A stretch of DNA of 39,144 nucleotides from Candidatus Bathyarchaeia archaeon (GTDB lineage Archaea > Thermoproteota > Bathyarchaeia > TCS64), in contig JBGPRA010000002.1 of assembly GCA_041489375.1 (NCBI GenBank), positions 1 to 39,144 on the forward strand. The letters are read 5' to 3'. How positions within the stretch are numbered: position 1 is the stretch's first letter; each line of letters starts with the position of its first letter. Position numbers and translations under genes: made by a program. Below, in pieces: positions 26,855 to 36,101 of the stretch. The notes under the pieces are model-generated. The model searched no databases. It was not told where the DNA came from and saw only the letters and a list, made by a program, of their open reading frames with translations.

Positions 26855-26995
26855 TTACCTTGTTTGCTCTGGTATTTTCTTCTCTGGGTGTTCGAATTTC
26901 CTGAGTCTTATTCTGTCTCTGTGTTTTTGGATTAGATGTATAAGGAGGCTTTCATCGGTATCAAATGTCTCTTGGCAGAACTCGCATCTCTTCAT
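26855..26995 (-). CDS. 46-aa classical C2H2 (TFIIIA-type) zinc-finger mini-protein, below the ORF-track length cut-off
   Basis: Hand translation gives MKRCEFCQETFDTDESLLIHLIQKHRDRIRLRKFEHPEKKIPEQTR. It fits C-x2-C-x3-F-x5-L-x2-H-x4-H exactly and has a basic tail. ATG 26995-26993, TAA 26857-26855. Confidence 0.6.
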   Translation of the reverse strand: MKRCEFCQETFDTDESLLIHLIQKHRDRIRLRKFEHPEKKIPEQTR

Positions 26996-27039
26996 ACGTG
27001 TTTCACTAAATCCTATGTCTAAGCGATGAATCGTTTATT

Positions 27040-27048
27040 CGCGCGCGC
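27040..27048. repeat. CG tract cgcgcgcgc at the 5' edge of the ADC-like reading frame
   Basis: Read directly: tattCGCGCGCGCtcgag. Confidence 0.9.
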
Positions 27049-27107
27049 TCGAGAAGGGTGTAAAGTTTGAGGATGTTGAATTCGGTGGCTGGAAGGTTAA
27101 GTTCCCC

Positions 27108-27770
27108 GTGGTGTACAGTGACCAGTCCAGGATAGTTACAAATTATACCGTCTCACTTTCAAAGGCTAAGACTATGCTTCCGAGTAAGAGACTGGAGCCC
27201 ATCGAGGTGAAGCCTGGGCTGGGGATGCTGAGCATCATCGCCTTCGAGTATAGGGCGATCGAAGGTCTGAAGCCCTACAATGAGTTCGGGACGTTCATAC
27301 CGGTCAATTACCGTAAGGAGGATGGTTCATTGGGCGACGCAGGGTCCTACTGCCTTCATCTCCGCGTGACAACTGAGAGAGCCCGATATGGGGGGGTCGC
27401 AATATATGGGTTCCCAAAGTTCGTCGCCGACATCGAGTTCGTCTATGGGAAGGATGCCACGACCTGCGTTGTGTGGCATGATGGAAAGACCATCGCGGAG
27501 CTGTCGGTGAAAAATGTGGAACCAAAGAGAGTTACGAGAAGGTCAATTTCTTATACCTATAAAGATGGCAGCGTACTGAAGACTTCAGTAGACGCTGAGG
27601 GGCTCGTTGGAACCAGTCAGGTTAAGGACGGGGCGAAGTTCAAGCTAGGGACACACAGGATAGCAGACGAGCTAAGGGGGCTAAACCTGGGACCAGAAGC
27701 GGTCGAGTATCAATACATACCCCAGATGTACAGCCTACTCCACAAACCGAGTGAGCGTCTCCCCGCTTAA
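27108..27770 (+). CDS. Acetoacetate-decarboxylase-like (ADC family) protein, probably 5'-truncated
   Basis: VVYSDQSRIVTNYTV..AKTMLP..LEPIEV.PG.GMLSIIAFEY....KPYNEFGTFIPV follows the ADC-family beta-cone N-terminal pattern. The frame is open and protein-like back to 27049 (LEKGVKFEDVEFGGWKVKFP), with no canonical start before GTG 27108. Confidence 0.5.
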   Translation: MVYSDQSRIVTNYTVSLSKAKTMLPSKRLEPIEVKPGLGMLSIIAFEYRAIEGLKPYNEFGTFIPVNYRKEDGSLGDAGSYCLHLRVTTERARYGGVAIYGFPKFVADIEFVYGKDATTCVVWHDGKTIAELSVKNVEPKRVTRRSISYTYKDGSVLKTSVDAEGLVGTSQVKDGAKFKLGTHRIADELRGLNLGPEAVEYQYIPQMYSLLHKPSERLPA

Positions 27771-27780
27771 GGTGAGATGA

Positions 27781-30132
27781 ATGGCTGAGAAAGGCTTCCC
27801 CAAGGTCAAACCGGACAAGAAGGGTTCACCCGTGTCGGTCGTGAGGATGGACCCCAACCATTCCTACGTCGGTATCCCCGAGCTACTCCGATTGGTTATA
27901 GATAAAAACGATGAGCAAGCCTGGGCGGAGATAAGGCGCAAGATCGATTACACCTACACAAACATCGACAAGATGCTCCGAGCATTGAGCAAGGAATCCG
28001 ATTTCCTCATGAAGATACGTGAAGAGCTCGGTAAGGGTAAAATACTATTATTCAAGCCAAACCTCGTCAACCCAACTAACATAGATCCGAACACGCACGG
28101 ACCCGCCCTAGGTCACACAGCCTGCACCGAGTGGCCCTTCATCGCTGCCTTGATGAGGTGGTTCCACGAGAACCTCCCAATTAGCTACTCGAGGATGGTT
28201 CTCGGCGAAGCGGCGACCGCCTCCACGATGACCGCAGCCATGTATAACCAGACGCAGCGTCCGAAGAGAAAGATTACAACGGAAGCTGTATTCGAGGGAC
28301 GATCTGGAGATTTTCACGGAGGCTGGGGCTTCTACTACGTGAGAAAGTACCTGCGAGATGCATCAAGCGACACCGAAGACGATCCTATGCTCGGATACGA
28401 GGAGAGTGTATCCGGGAAATACCTGCCGCCGGGGAAGACGAGGGGTAGGATGATGGTCTACGACCTCAACAAACTCAACGATATCAAGGGCAAGGCCCGG
28501 ACAGTGCCGGTGAAGGACGGGGTAAACTATCGAGAGATAACCTTGCCTAAGGTACTGGTAGGCGGCGACCCGAAGGACCAGAAGGATCTACAAGACTACC
28601 CTGGTGCAGTTCTAGTGAATGTGCCGCGGCTTAAACTCCATGGAATAGACCTCCTTACTAACGCAATCAAGAACCTTGGGATCGGGCTATATCCGATGGA
28701 GATCGGGGAGACGGATGAGCCCCGCGACACCCATTGGAAGTATGCCTACCCGTTTAACGAGATCCCCGGCATGAAGACCGAGATCCCACACTCGGTGTGG
28801 GTGCCAGAGTTCGTAGAAGAGACGGGCCTCCCGATCAAGGGGAAGGATGGCCGTTACAAGTTAAGGAAGACGGGGGGGATATCGGCTACTCAGGCAGACG
28901 TCATCGAGGCCACATTAGACCAAGGCGTCTACATGCTTCATCTCGTCGACGGTATCCAGACAGTGAACATCAACCACTCAGGAGGCTCAAATGCCAAAGA
29001 GATCCCGGAGGGTCTAGCCTTCGCGTCTGAGAACCCAGTAGCGTTGGACCTCCTCTGCGCGAGGTACATCTTCAAAAACGTACCCCGCCTGGAAGCCAAG
29101 AAGTCGGGGCTCGGATCAGAGTTCCTTCAAATGGTCCCCTCACCGAAGATTGAAGGAGGGCAAATAGTGAGTGGAGAAGCGTACGACTCCCCTCTGTTGA
29201 GATACAGCTGGTATGGAAACGCTGAGAAGCGTGGCCTAGGGTCACAACTATACCACGTGGTGGGGTGGGACGATGTTGAGAAACTCCCCTTATCGTCGGT
29301 TGATGGGCACCTGGGTTCTTGTGTGGGTGATGGTTTCAAGGAATCGATCACGACGGAGTTCTATTATGATCCGTCTAATCTCCTCTGGGGGCTGCAGAGA
29401 ACCGCTTTTGACTACTTCCGATCAAACGATGAGTTGACCAAATCTAGTTATTTGAGAAAAGTTCTGAATGCATACGATGAGAATGGTGATGGGCAGCTTG
29501 ACTACGATGAGATGGGGAGGGATGCCTTCTGGCATAGCTATCTGAGACTAGCGGCCTATTGTTATCACTTCAGAGGGGTGAGCCCGTTGGGGGGCATCAA
29601 GTCTGGTTTCCTGATGAGTGCCTTCTATCGTTATGCAGATCCCTCGTGGAACCCGTCGGGGCACGATTTCATAAAGAACTACAAGATAGTATCTGACTTT
29701 TCACTCGCTTATGAGCTCTCAAAGTCTTCCAAGAGTAACGTTGACCCTCTCCACCCTGGAATGAGTTGGGGAAATGGGGCTTGGCCGAGTATGGACTTCG
29801 CGGGGATGCTCTCCACGATGATGAGGATATATGGTCAAAGCTACCCGACTCGAGTCAGCCTCTCCTCCCTATATGGTTACGCGTTCCAGTACGCTGACAA
29901 GGTGCAGGCGAATGGATACTATACGGGGGGCACGGGGCTGAATTCCGACCGCGAATCCCTGAACAAGTACCTCAAGGACTCCGAGAGCGGTTTACAGAAA
30001 CTGAAGCTCAAGGTCTATGTACCTAAGGGATTCGGCAAAATGGGCAAAATAACATATCCAAACCTAGAGGAGACGAGTGACCCTGCGAAGATATTCACAG
30101 CCGTATTCCCAGATGAAAAATGGGAGATATGA
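27781..30132 (+). CDS. Large DUF362-domain protein with a C-terminal extension containing a canonical EF-hand loop
   Basis: ILLFKPNLVNPTN, VLVNVPRLKLHGIDLLTNAIKNLGIG and ASENPVALDLLCARY match the DUF362 pattern. DENGDGQLDYDE (29476-29511) fits the 12-residue EF-hand loop. Starts 10 nt after the ADC-like stop. Confidence 0.7.
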   Translation: MAEKGFPKVKPDKKGSPVSVVRMDPNHSYVGIPELLRLVIDKNDEQAWAEIRRKIDYTYTNIDKMLRALSKESDFLMKIREELGKGKILLFKPNLVNPTNIDPNTHGPALGHTACTEWPFIAALMRWFHENLPISYSRMVLGEAATASTMTAAMYNQTQRPKRKITTEAVFEGRSGDFHGGWGFYYVRKYLRDASSDTEDDPMLGYEESVSGKYLPPGKTRGRMMVYDLNKLNDIKGKARTVPVKDGVNYREITLPKVLVGGDPKDQKDLQDYPGAVLVNVPRLKLHGIDLLTNAIKNLGIGLYPMEIGETDEPRDTHWKYAYPFNEIPGMKTEIPHSVWVPEFVEETGLPIKGKDGRYKLRKTGGISATQADVIEATLDQGVYMLHLVDGIQTVNINHSGGSNAKEIPEGLAFASENPVALDLLCARYIFKNVPRLEAKKSGLGSEFLQMVPSPKIEGGQIVSGEAYDSPLLRYSWYGNAEKRGLGSQLYHVVGWDDVEKLPLSSVDGHLGSCVGDGFKESITTEFYYDPSNLLWGLQRTAFDYFRSNDELTKSSYLRKVLNAYDENGDGQLDYDEMGRDAFWHSYLRLAAYCYHFRGVSPLGGIKSGFLMSAFYRYADPSWNPSGHDFIKNYKIVSDFSLAYELSKSSKSNVDPLHPGMSWGNGAWPSMDFAGMLSTMMRIYGQSYPTRVSLSSLYGYAFQYADKVQANGYYTGGTGLNSDRESLNKYLKDSESGLQKLKLKVYVPKGFGKMGKITYPNLEETSDPAKIFTAVFPDEKWEI

Positions 30133-30165
30133 TCTGCACGCGAATTACTGCGCACTAAATGTACT

Positions 30166-30179
30166 CATAATAAATATTG
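30166..30179 (+). promoter_or_regulatory. Candidate TATA box for the MBL gene (near-leaderless)
   Basis: cataataaatattg is centred ~26 nt upstream of ATG 30199. Confidence 0.35.
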
Positions 30180-30198
30180 ACCCTTACAACTATCACTC

Positions 30199-31380
30199 AT
30201 GAGGTTCATCGTCTTACTTGATGTCCCCAGCGAGGGTATCCAAGGCTTCGTCGATGATTGGAGGAATCGGAAACCAAAGGACGTTAAGATCCTGCTACGT
30301 CCCCATATCTCAGCGGAGGCCCTCAGAGGCGCCCAGCTCCTCACGGTAGTCGAGGCGAAGAAACTGAGCCCGATAACCGACTACTGCAGGTCACTAGAGG
30401 GGCAGGGAGCAAAGGTACAGCTGGTCCCCATACAAGATGACCAATCTGCGTCTCGAGAGCTGAATAAGTTTTACAACGCTAAGAGAAGAGCTGAGAGACA
30501 CAACAGAAACGTGAAGACCAGGAAGCTCAAAGGCGTCGGCTCCACCAAAAATTTGACTGTGCTACCCCTAATCGATTGGCGCACCAACGATAAGGAATTG
30601 ATGGTGGAGACCGGAGTCTCCTACTTGGTGAGGACCGAAGGTAACACCATCTTATTCGACACCGGATTGAATAGCGCTGAGGAGGATCCTTCCCCCCTTC
30701 TGCGCAACATGAGGAAGCTAGGTGTCACATTGAACGAGATTGACATCATTTTCATCTCCCATAATCATGGGGACCACGTGGGTGGAGACAAGTGGGCTAA
30801 GGATAAGACCTTCAGCGTCACGGGGAGCCAGGAGCCACTAGGTGACATCAAGGTCTATGTGCCGACGGAGATGACCTACCCCGGCCTGAACCCCGTTTAT
30901 GCCCGTGACCCCCTGGTCATTGGTGAGGGCATCGCATCCACGGGCACCATCGCCAACAGCTTGTACCTCTGGGGATTCACCGAGGAGCACAGCCTTGCTG
31001 TGAACGTTGATGGGAGAGGTATAGTGCTAATCGTCGGCTGTGGCCATCACACGGTTCCCAGGCTCCTTGAGAGGGTCAGAGCCCTGTTCGACGTGCCCAT
31101 CTACGGTATTATTGGGGGCCTCCACTACCCCGTCATGGGCGGCCCTAGAGAGGTGTATGGGTACGCGATGCACAAGTACGCGGGCACTGGGAAGCCTCCG
31201 TGGGAGCATATCACGGTGGAGGAGCTCAATGCTAACATCGAGCTGCTGAAGAGTCTGAACTTGGGTTTGGTTGCTCTGTCGTCTCATGATAGCAGCGCCG
31301 TTAGCATGGAGGCTTTCAGTGATGCGTTCCCTGATGCGTATCGGAGCCTGAGGGTGGGTGAGCCTATAATCGTCAAGTGA
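30199..31380 (+). CDS. Metallo-beta-lactamase-fold hydrolase with an unknown ~130-aa N-terminal domain
   Basis: ISHNHGDHVGG (HxHxDH) with downstream GCGHH. The N-terminal domain is not recognised. Confidence 0.8.
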   Translation: MRFIVLLDVPSEGIQGFVDDWRNRKPKDVKILLRPHISAEALRGAQLLTVVEAKKLSPITDYCRSLEGQGAKVQLVPIQDDQSASRELNKFYNAKRRAERHNRNVKTRKLKGVGSTKNLTVLPLIDWRTNDKELMVETGVSYLVRTEGNTILFDTGLNSAEEDPSPLLRNMRKLGVTLNEIDIIFISHNHGDHVGGDKWAKDKTFSVTGSQEPLGDIKVYVPTEMTYPGLNPVYARDPLVIGEGIASTGTIANSLYLWGFTEEHSLAVNVDGRGIVLIVGCGHHTVPRLLERVRALFDVPIYGIIGGLHYPVMGGPREVYGYAMHKYAGTGKPPWEHITVEELNANIELLKSLNLGLVALSSHDSSAVSMEAFSDAFPDAYRSLRVGEPIIVK

Positions 31381-31383
31381 CTA

Positions 31384-31402
31384 GCGTACGCGACGTGTGC
31401 GC
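31384..31402. repeat. 19-nt unbroken purine-pyrimidine alternation gcgtacgcgacgtgtgcgc
   Basis: Read directly, 4 nt after the MBL stop. Confidence 0.85.
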
Positions 31403-31487
31403 CTGCCCATATGATTGTGCACGAGTTAATGGTTAAATCTGGATTAAACTAGACACATTCATGGGCTCCAGACTTGAGTCCGTCCGA

Positions 31488-31530
31488 TGGGGTAAGTCAG
31501 CCTTACTACTTCTATCCTAGTGCAATGAAC
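31488..31530 (+). repeat. Intergenic repeat, degenerate copy Z
   Basis: tggggtaagtcagccttactacttctatcctagtgcaatgaac shares TGGGGTA, AGCCTTA and ATCCTAGT with copies D and E. Confidence 0.4.
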
Positions 31531-31550
31531 TGGATCCACGGCGCCTAGCA

Positions 31551-32114
31551 GTGATGCATGTGAGGCACACTGAGCGCGTCGATTCATTCAAGGGCTCCGA
31601 CGGGCGCATGGCATCGACTTCCGTTGGTAGGGAAGCCGCAGCGGAGTTTGGTGAAAAGCTCCCCCTGAATAGACGCTATCGACTCTTCCACACCTACCTA
31701 GAACGAACCCGCGAGACGGCGGAGGAGATGCAGAGAGGTATAGTCAAGGGAGGTGGATGTGCTAAGCTTTGGGGAGAGATCAGACCACTTAAGACTTTAG
31801 ATTTGGAGGCGTTTCAGAGGTGGATACAGGACTGTAGATGGTTCCCCGAGGACGGTGGCTATCACGCCACGTGCAATTGGATCGCGGGTCTAATCCCCGA
31901 AACGATCCGTGACCCTTCGATTAGCTTCGCACGGGGGATGGCGGAGATTACTATGAATAATTTACTTGGGGCACAGTCGAATGCCTTTCATATCTACGTC
32001 AGCCACGATACGTGGGTTCAGGCCCTAGTATTCCACTGGTTCGGTGTTCCTCCTCATCAAGGTGGGTTGCGGTTCCTTGATGGGTTCCTTATGCAGCCCT
32101 TTGATGGGGTATAA
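31551..32114 (+). CDS. Histidine phosphatase superfamily (phosphoglycerate-mutase-like) protein
   Basis: VRHTER near the N-terminus (RHG-type motif) and a late YVSHDTW (second catalytic His context). GTG start. Confidence 0.6.
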   Translation: MMHVRHTERVDSFKGSDGRMASTSVGREAAAEFGEKLPLNRRYRLFHTYLERTRETAEEMQRGIVKGGGCAKLWGEIRPLKTLDLEAFQRWIQDCRWFPEDGGYHATCNWIAGLIPETIRDPSISFARGMAEITMNNLLGAQSNAFHIYVSHDTWVQALVFHWFGVPPHQGGLRFLDGFLMQPFDGV

Positions 32115-32185
32115 GGGCTTGGTTTGGAGGCGGTTGCGAAGTTTTTGATTACTCTTATTGGTGGCCTAGGACAGTATAATGTCTC

Positions 32186-32210
32186 TAGATAATCTTATCC
32201 TCAGTTTCAC
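32186..32210 (+). repeat. Intergenic repeat, copy A
   Basis: tagataatCTTATCCTcAGTTtCAC lies between two convergent genes. Confidence 0.6.
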
Positions 32211-32245
32211 TTAACGATTTACTGTTCGCGTATGCGATTCGGTGT

Positions 32246-33968
32246 TTATTGCCTACGATAGTGTGCATGGACAGCTAGGAGTAGGGCTGATAACATCACT
32301 CCGAGGAGCGTTGCCTCTAATGGGAACCCTGGTATCCCTCCGCCACTGGTCCCGTCGCCTCCCGTAGTCTGGGTTTGAAGAGTGATGCTGACGGTTGACA
32401 CGCTACCCACCGTCACCGCACCCTGAGTAGAAGCCGACACATACCCGCTCTTAGACGCCTGCATCGTGTAGCTGCCAGGCGCAACACCTGAGAGGGTCAC
32501 GACGCCGTCGCTACCCGTCGCCCCACTAAGGGCCTGCTGCCCGCTTGGCTGAGTCGTCGAGGAGACGCTCGCGCCAGCAATCGGCTTACCGTCCTTGTCT
32601 TTGACTGTGACCTTGAGGTCGCCCTTCGTAGAGGCTACCTTAAGCGTCAGTGTGACCTCAGCGGTGCTCGCGGAGGTGACGCTCACGGTTGTGGTCGCTG
32701 CCTGGTACCCGTCCTTGTCCGCTTTGATCGTGTAGCTGCCTGGCTTCACGTCGCTGAACAATACTACACCGTCGCTGTTCGAGTTATCCTTGAGGCTCGC
32801 CTGACCGCTTAGCTGAGCAGTCGTCCCCCCGCTTGCCCCGGAGACTGGGTTTCCCGCCTCGTCCTTGACAGTGATCTTCAGACTGGTTTGTGCAGTTGTC
32901 TCCCCAGTTATTATCGCGCACTTTAAAACATTTTTCGAGTCATCATAGTAACTGATCCAAGGGTGGCTCTTTGAATCCAATGTTATTGAGGTGTAGAGTC
33001 CAACCCACCCCTCTGAGTCAACCGTCTGAACACTCCAGGTGAAGCCGGTCCATACGGCGTACTTCAAATCTAGATTTGTGTAGTCGTGGTAGCTAATTGA
33101 TGGATTATCGTTGGAGTCAAGGGCTAGAGAGGAATAGTCTCCGACGTTTCCGGTCGTGTCTATTGTCTGTTTAGACCATGATGTGCCCGTCCACTTGGCG
33201 TACTTAAGATCAAGTTTTCCACCGTCGTAGTAGCTTATGCAGGGATAGCCGCTGGAATCCAGTTCAAGAGATGGAGACTCGCCAACATACCCCTCAGAGT
33301 CTATGATTTGGATGGCCCACGTTCCACCAGTCAGCTTGGCGTATTTTAGGTCATTGACCGTGTCATCGTAGTAGGCGATGAATGGGTTACCGATTTTATC
33401 GAGGGCGAGAGACGTGCCCTTGCCAACCGCGTTAGCTGTGTCAACTGTCTGAATAGCCAGGCAGACCCGGTCCCCTGGCATATTTTAGATCTTCATTCGC
33501 GTAGTCCTGGTAGCTTATGCTCGGGCTGTCATTTGAATCTAGGGCAAGGGATGTATATTTTCCTACGCTACCAGGTGAGTCCGTAACTTGTATTGTCCAG
33601 GCTGAGCCGGTCCATTTAGCGTATTTTAGGTCGCCGTTCCTTTTATCGAAGTAGCTTATGCATGGGTTGTCCTTAGAGTCTAAGGCGAGTGATGAATACT
33701 CCCCCAGGTTTCCTGTTTCCACCGTCTGAACACTCCAGGCGGAGCTTGTCCACTTGGCGTACTTTAGAGCACCCAGCATAGAGTCAAAGTAGCTTATGCA
33801 GGGATTATCGCTCGAATCCAAAGCGATGGAACTAGTCCTGCCAACCATTGTGCTATTATCCACAACCTGAATACTCCAAATCGGAGTCGTAGCAGTCAGA
33901 GAATTCAGACTGAAAGACAGTAGGATTACAGATAAGAGGATCAGATTGAACGCTTTTTTAGTTTTCAT
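32246..33968 (-). pseudogene. Cell-surface protein disrupted by two 1-nt deletions: signal peptide, ~9 propeller-like repeats, 2 PEGA/CarboxypepD_reg-like Ig domains, PGF-CTERM-like anchor
   Basis: The ORFs 33441..34025 and 32246..33481 carry one continuous repeat series (D..P.ISYYD....LKYAKWTG..W..Q.VD). The frame changes twice within ~25 nt near 33450-33480. C-terminus GGIPGFPLEATLLGVMLSALLLAVHAHYRRQ. Likely start ATG 33968 (MKTKKAFNLILLSVILL, GGAG upstream). Confidence 0.7.
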
Positions 33969-34127
33969 TACCCGTCTCCTTTTCAGGGTTCTATAATCTA
34001 GATTTGGGAGTTTACTATTTATCAACTTCTACTGGTTAGAGTGGCGTAAAACTATGCGGTTCAGCAGTTCTGTTCACTAACGTATTCATTGAAGAGAGCT
34101 TTCACTCGCACACGCGTCGCTTGTTAC

Positions 34128-34158
34128 ACATCCTTATTCTGAGTTCCACCTGAGAACC
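34128..34158 (+). repeat. Intergenic repeat, copy B
   Basis: acatCCTTATtCTGAGTTCCACCTGAgaacc lies in a divergent spacer. Confidence 0.75.
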
Positions 34159-34169
34159 TCATTATTAAT

Positions 34170-34179
34170 CGCGCGCGCG
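34170..34179. repeat. Pure (CG)5 tract
   Basis: Read directly: taatCGCGCGCGCGaac, 12 nt after repeat copy B. A related tract cgcacacgcgt lies at 34107-34117. Confidence 0.9.
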
Positions 34180-34203
34180 AACTAAAGTCTGCGTAATACT
34201 TAC

Positions 34204-34214
34204 ACATATTAACC
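34204..34214 (+). promoter_or_regulatory. Candidate TATA box for the SDR gene
   Basis: acatattaacc is centred ~30 nt upstream of ATG 34239. Confidence 0.3.
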
Positions 34215-34238
34215 GATACTGCGAAAGAAGAAAGTTGT

Positions 34239-35021
34239 ATGAACAGACTACGGGGGAAGACCGCATTGATCACGGGGGCGGGTTCGGGTATTGGCAGGGC
34301 AACGGCCATCCTATTCGCAGCTGAAGGCGCTCAAGTCGCAGTTAACGACATTAGCGGAGAGGCGGGGCACGAAACTGTAAGACTAATTCAAGAAGCCAAG
34401 GGAGAAGCCACATTCTACAAGGCGAATGTTACAAAGTGGCCGGAGGTGAAAGCCATGGTCAGTCAAGTACGTGATCGCTACAATGGAATCGATATACTAC
34501 ACAACAATGTGGGAGGATGGCAGAGAGAAAACAATGATACCGTCATCAACGATTCCGAGGAGGAGTGGGACAGGCTCATCAACCTGAACCTTCGCGGGGT
34601 GTTTCTCGTATCGAAAGAGGTGATTCCAATTATGATTGAAAAGGGCGGTGGATCGATAATAAACACCATCACTACGAACGCCTACATGAACTATGTTGGG
34701 AGTCAAGCGTACGGCGCAGCGAAAGGGGCCGTGCGAGAATTAACGAGGTCGATGTGTCTTGAATATGCCAAACACAACATCAGGGTCAACGGACTGGTCC
34801 CAGGTGAGACGATAACACCTCAGTGGACGACATCAATCGAGAGTTCTTCAAACCCAGAAGAATCGAAGAACTTCCTTCTCAAGAAGATACCGATGGGGAG
34901 ATTTGCTAAACCAGAAGACATAGCCTTGGGAGCGCTCTTCCTCGCCTCTAACGACTCAAGCTATGTCAATGGTCACATTCTCTTCGTCGATGGTGGGCTG
35001 ACTGCTGGGTTCTACGGATAA
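34239..35021 (+). CDS. Classical short-chain dehydrogenase/reductase (FabG-like)
   Basis: TGAGSGIGRA cofactor motif, NNVG, catalytic YGAAKGAV (YxxxK), and PG after the active site. Confidence 0.9.
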   Translation: MNRLRGKTALITGAGSGIGRATAILFAAEGAQVAVNDISGEAGHETVRLIQEAKGEATFYKANVTKWPEVKAMVSQVRDRYNGIDILHNNVGGWQRENNDTVINDSEEEWDRLINLNLRGVFLVSKEVIPIMIEKGGGSIINTITTNAYMNYVGSQAYGAAKGAVRELTRSMCLEYAKHNIRVNGLVPGETITPQWTTSIESSSNPEESKNFLLKKIPMGRFAKPEDIALGALFLASNDSSYVNGHILFVDGGLTAGFYG

Positions 35022-35061
35022 GTGAGGAAAGAACTGGAGCAGGTAGGGGAATGCGCGTGCG

Positions 35062-35091
35062 AATAGTCTTATCCTGAGTTCCACTCGATAC
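35062..35091 (+). repeat. Intergenic repeat, copy C
   Basis: aatagtCTTATCCTGAGTTCCACtcGATAC lies between convergent genes. It is directly preceded by the CG tract atgcgcgtgcg (35051-35061). Confidence 0.8.
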
Positions 35092-35184
35092 CCTACTCTA
35101 TCAACAAGGCTGAGTGTAAATAAGGCAAGAAGTCCCGCAAACATTAGCCCACACAAAATAGAGGTTAGTTCTCCAGCATCTGTT

Positions 35185-35982
35185 TTAGGATCTCGTTGAT
35201 GTGGTCTGCTTCTTTCTTACCCAATCGGCTAATTCCTTGCCTGTAGGAAACCAGACCCCACCAGCACACTTCGCTTCCGAGATGAACTTCTCTAGCATCT
35301 TGAGCCGACTCACTCTCCCTATACACTCCGGATGGCATGTCAGGCCGAAGTATCTACCAAGCTCATGAAGCCCCTCCCACTCGGGTTTCCACAGCCTATA
35401 GACCTCATCAGGGCTCATCCTATCCATCTCGAAGTGAGGCCAATCGTCGAGGAGCCACTCGACTGGAAGCTCAACGAGCCCTGTGTCCACATTGTTATGC
35501 TTCAGCATATAGGGCATATCTTCGTCCATCATATTGCTACTATACTGGAACCCCAGGCGCTTCATGTGGTTGAGGCTACGCTCATTAAACATCCAATATG
35601 GGGCTCTGTATCCATGGGGCTTGACGCCGACGCGCTCCAACGCGGCGAGGCTCCTTTCCCAGACCTCAACTTCTTTCTCGGCTGTCAACTCAGTCATTCT
35701 TTCGTGGCTATAGCTATGAGCGGCTACCTCATGACCGCGACTAATGATCTCAGTAACTGAATCTTGGTGGTTGTCGCAGGTCCATCCTGGGGTGAAGAAG
35801 GTTGACTTGATCTCGAGTCTGTCGAGGAGGTCCATGATCCTTGGGACCGCGACTTGGGGAGCGTAGCGCCCTTTGCTGAGTGATGAAAGGTCGTCGGGGG
35901 TCTTCCAAGTTTCGGCGCTTGAGGCATCGTAGTCGAAGCTGAGGAAGAAACAGCTTTTGTAACTTTTTGGCCAGAATCCCAT
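35185..35982 (-). CDS. Polysaccharide deacetylase (NodB homology domain, CE4)
   Basis: SFDYD (motif 1 variant), HSYSH (motif 2) and YRAPYW (motif 3 context). Confidence 0.85.
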   Translation of the reverse strand: MGFWPKSYKSCFFLSFDYDASSAETWKTPDDLSSLSKGRYAPQVAVPRIMDLLDRLEIKSTFFTPGWTCDNHQDSVTEIISRGHEVAAHSYSHERMTELTAEKEVEVWERSLAALERVGVKPHGYRAPYWMFNERSLNHMKRLGFQYSSNMMDEDMPYMLKHNNVDTGLVELPVEWLLDDWPHFEMDRMSPDEVYRLWKPEWEGLHELGRYFGLTCHPECIGRVSRLKMLEKFISEAKCAGGVWFPTGKELADWVRKKQTTSTRS

Positions 35983-36028
35983 TAATTCACCGGGAATTAT
36001 AAGCGTTAGGCTCTAGATTATAATTCTT

Positions 36029-36101
36029 TTGGGGTATGTGACGAACATAGCCTTATCCTGAGTTCCATCTGATACTCAACCGTGATTGTATGGTTGATCT
36101 A
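36029..36101 (+). repeat. Intergenic repeat, copy D (full length, runs into the first four codons of the 36090 gene)
   Basis: TTGGGGtatgtgacgaacATAGCCTTATCCTGAGTTCCAtCTGATACtCAACCGTGAttgtATGGTTGATCTA. Confidence 0.85.

Noticed and set aside
36029-36101. C/D-box sRNA or tRNA-derived origin of the repeat core (two CTGA boxes; GGGGCTATAAC resembles a tRNA 5' end)
   Set aside because: No RUGAUGA C-box lies at the right distance in any copy. There is no T-loop (GGTTCRAATCC) or foldable cloverleaf, and the GGGG..ATAG part is not conserved in all copies.
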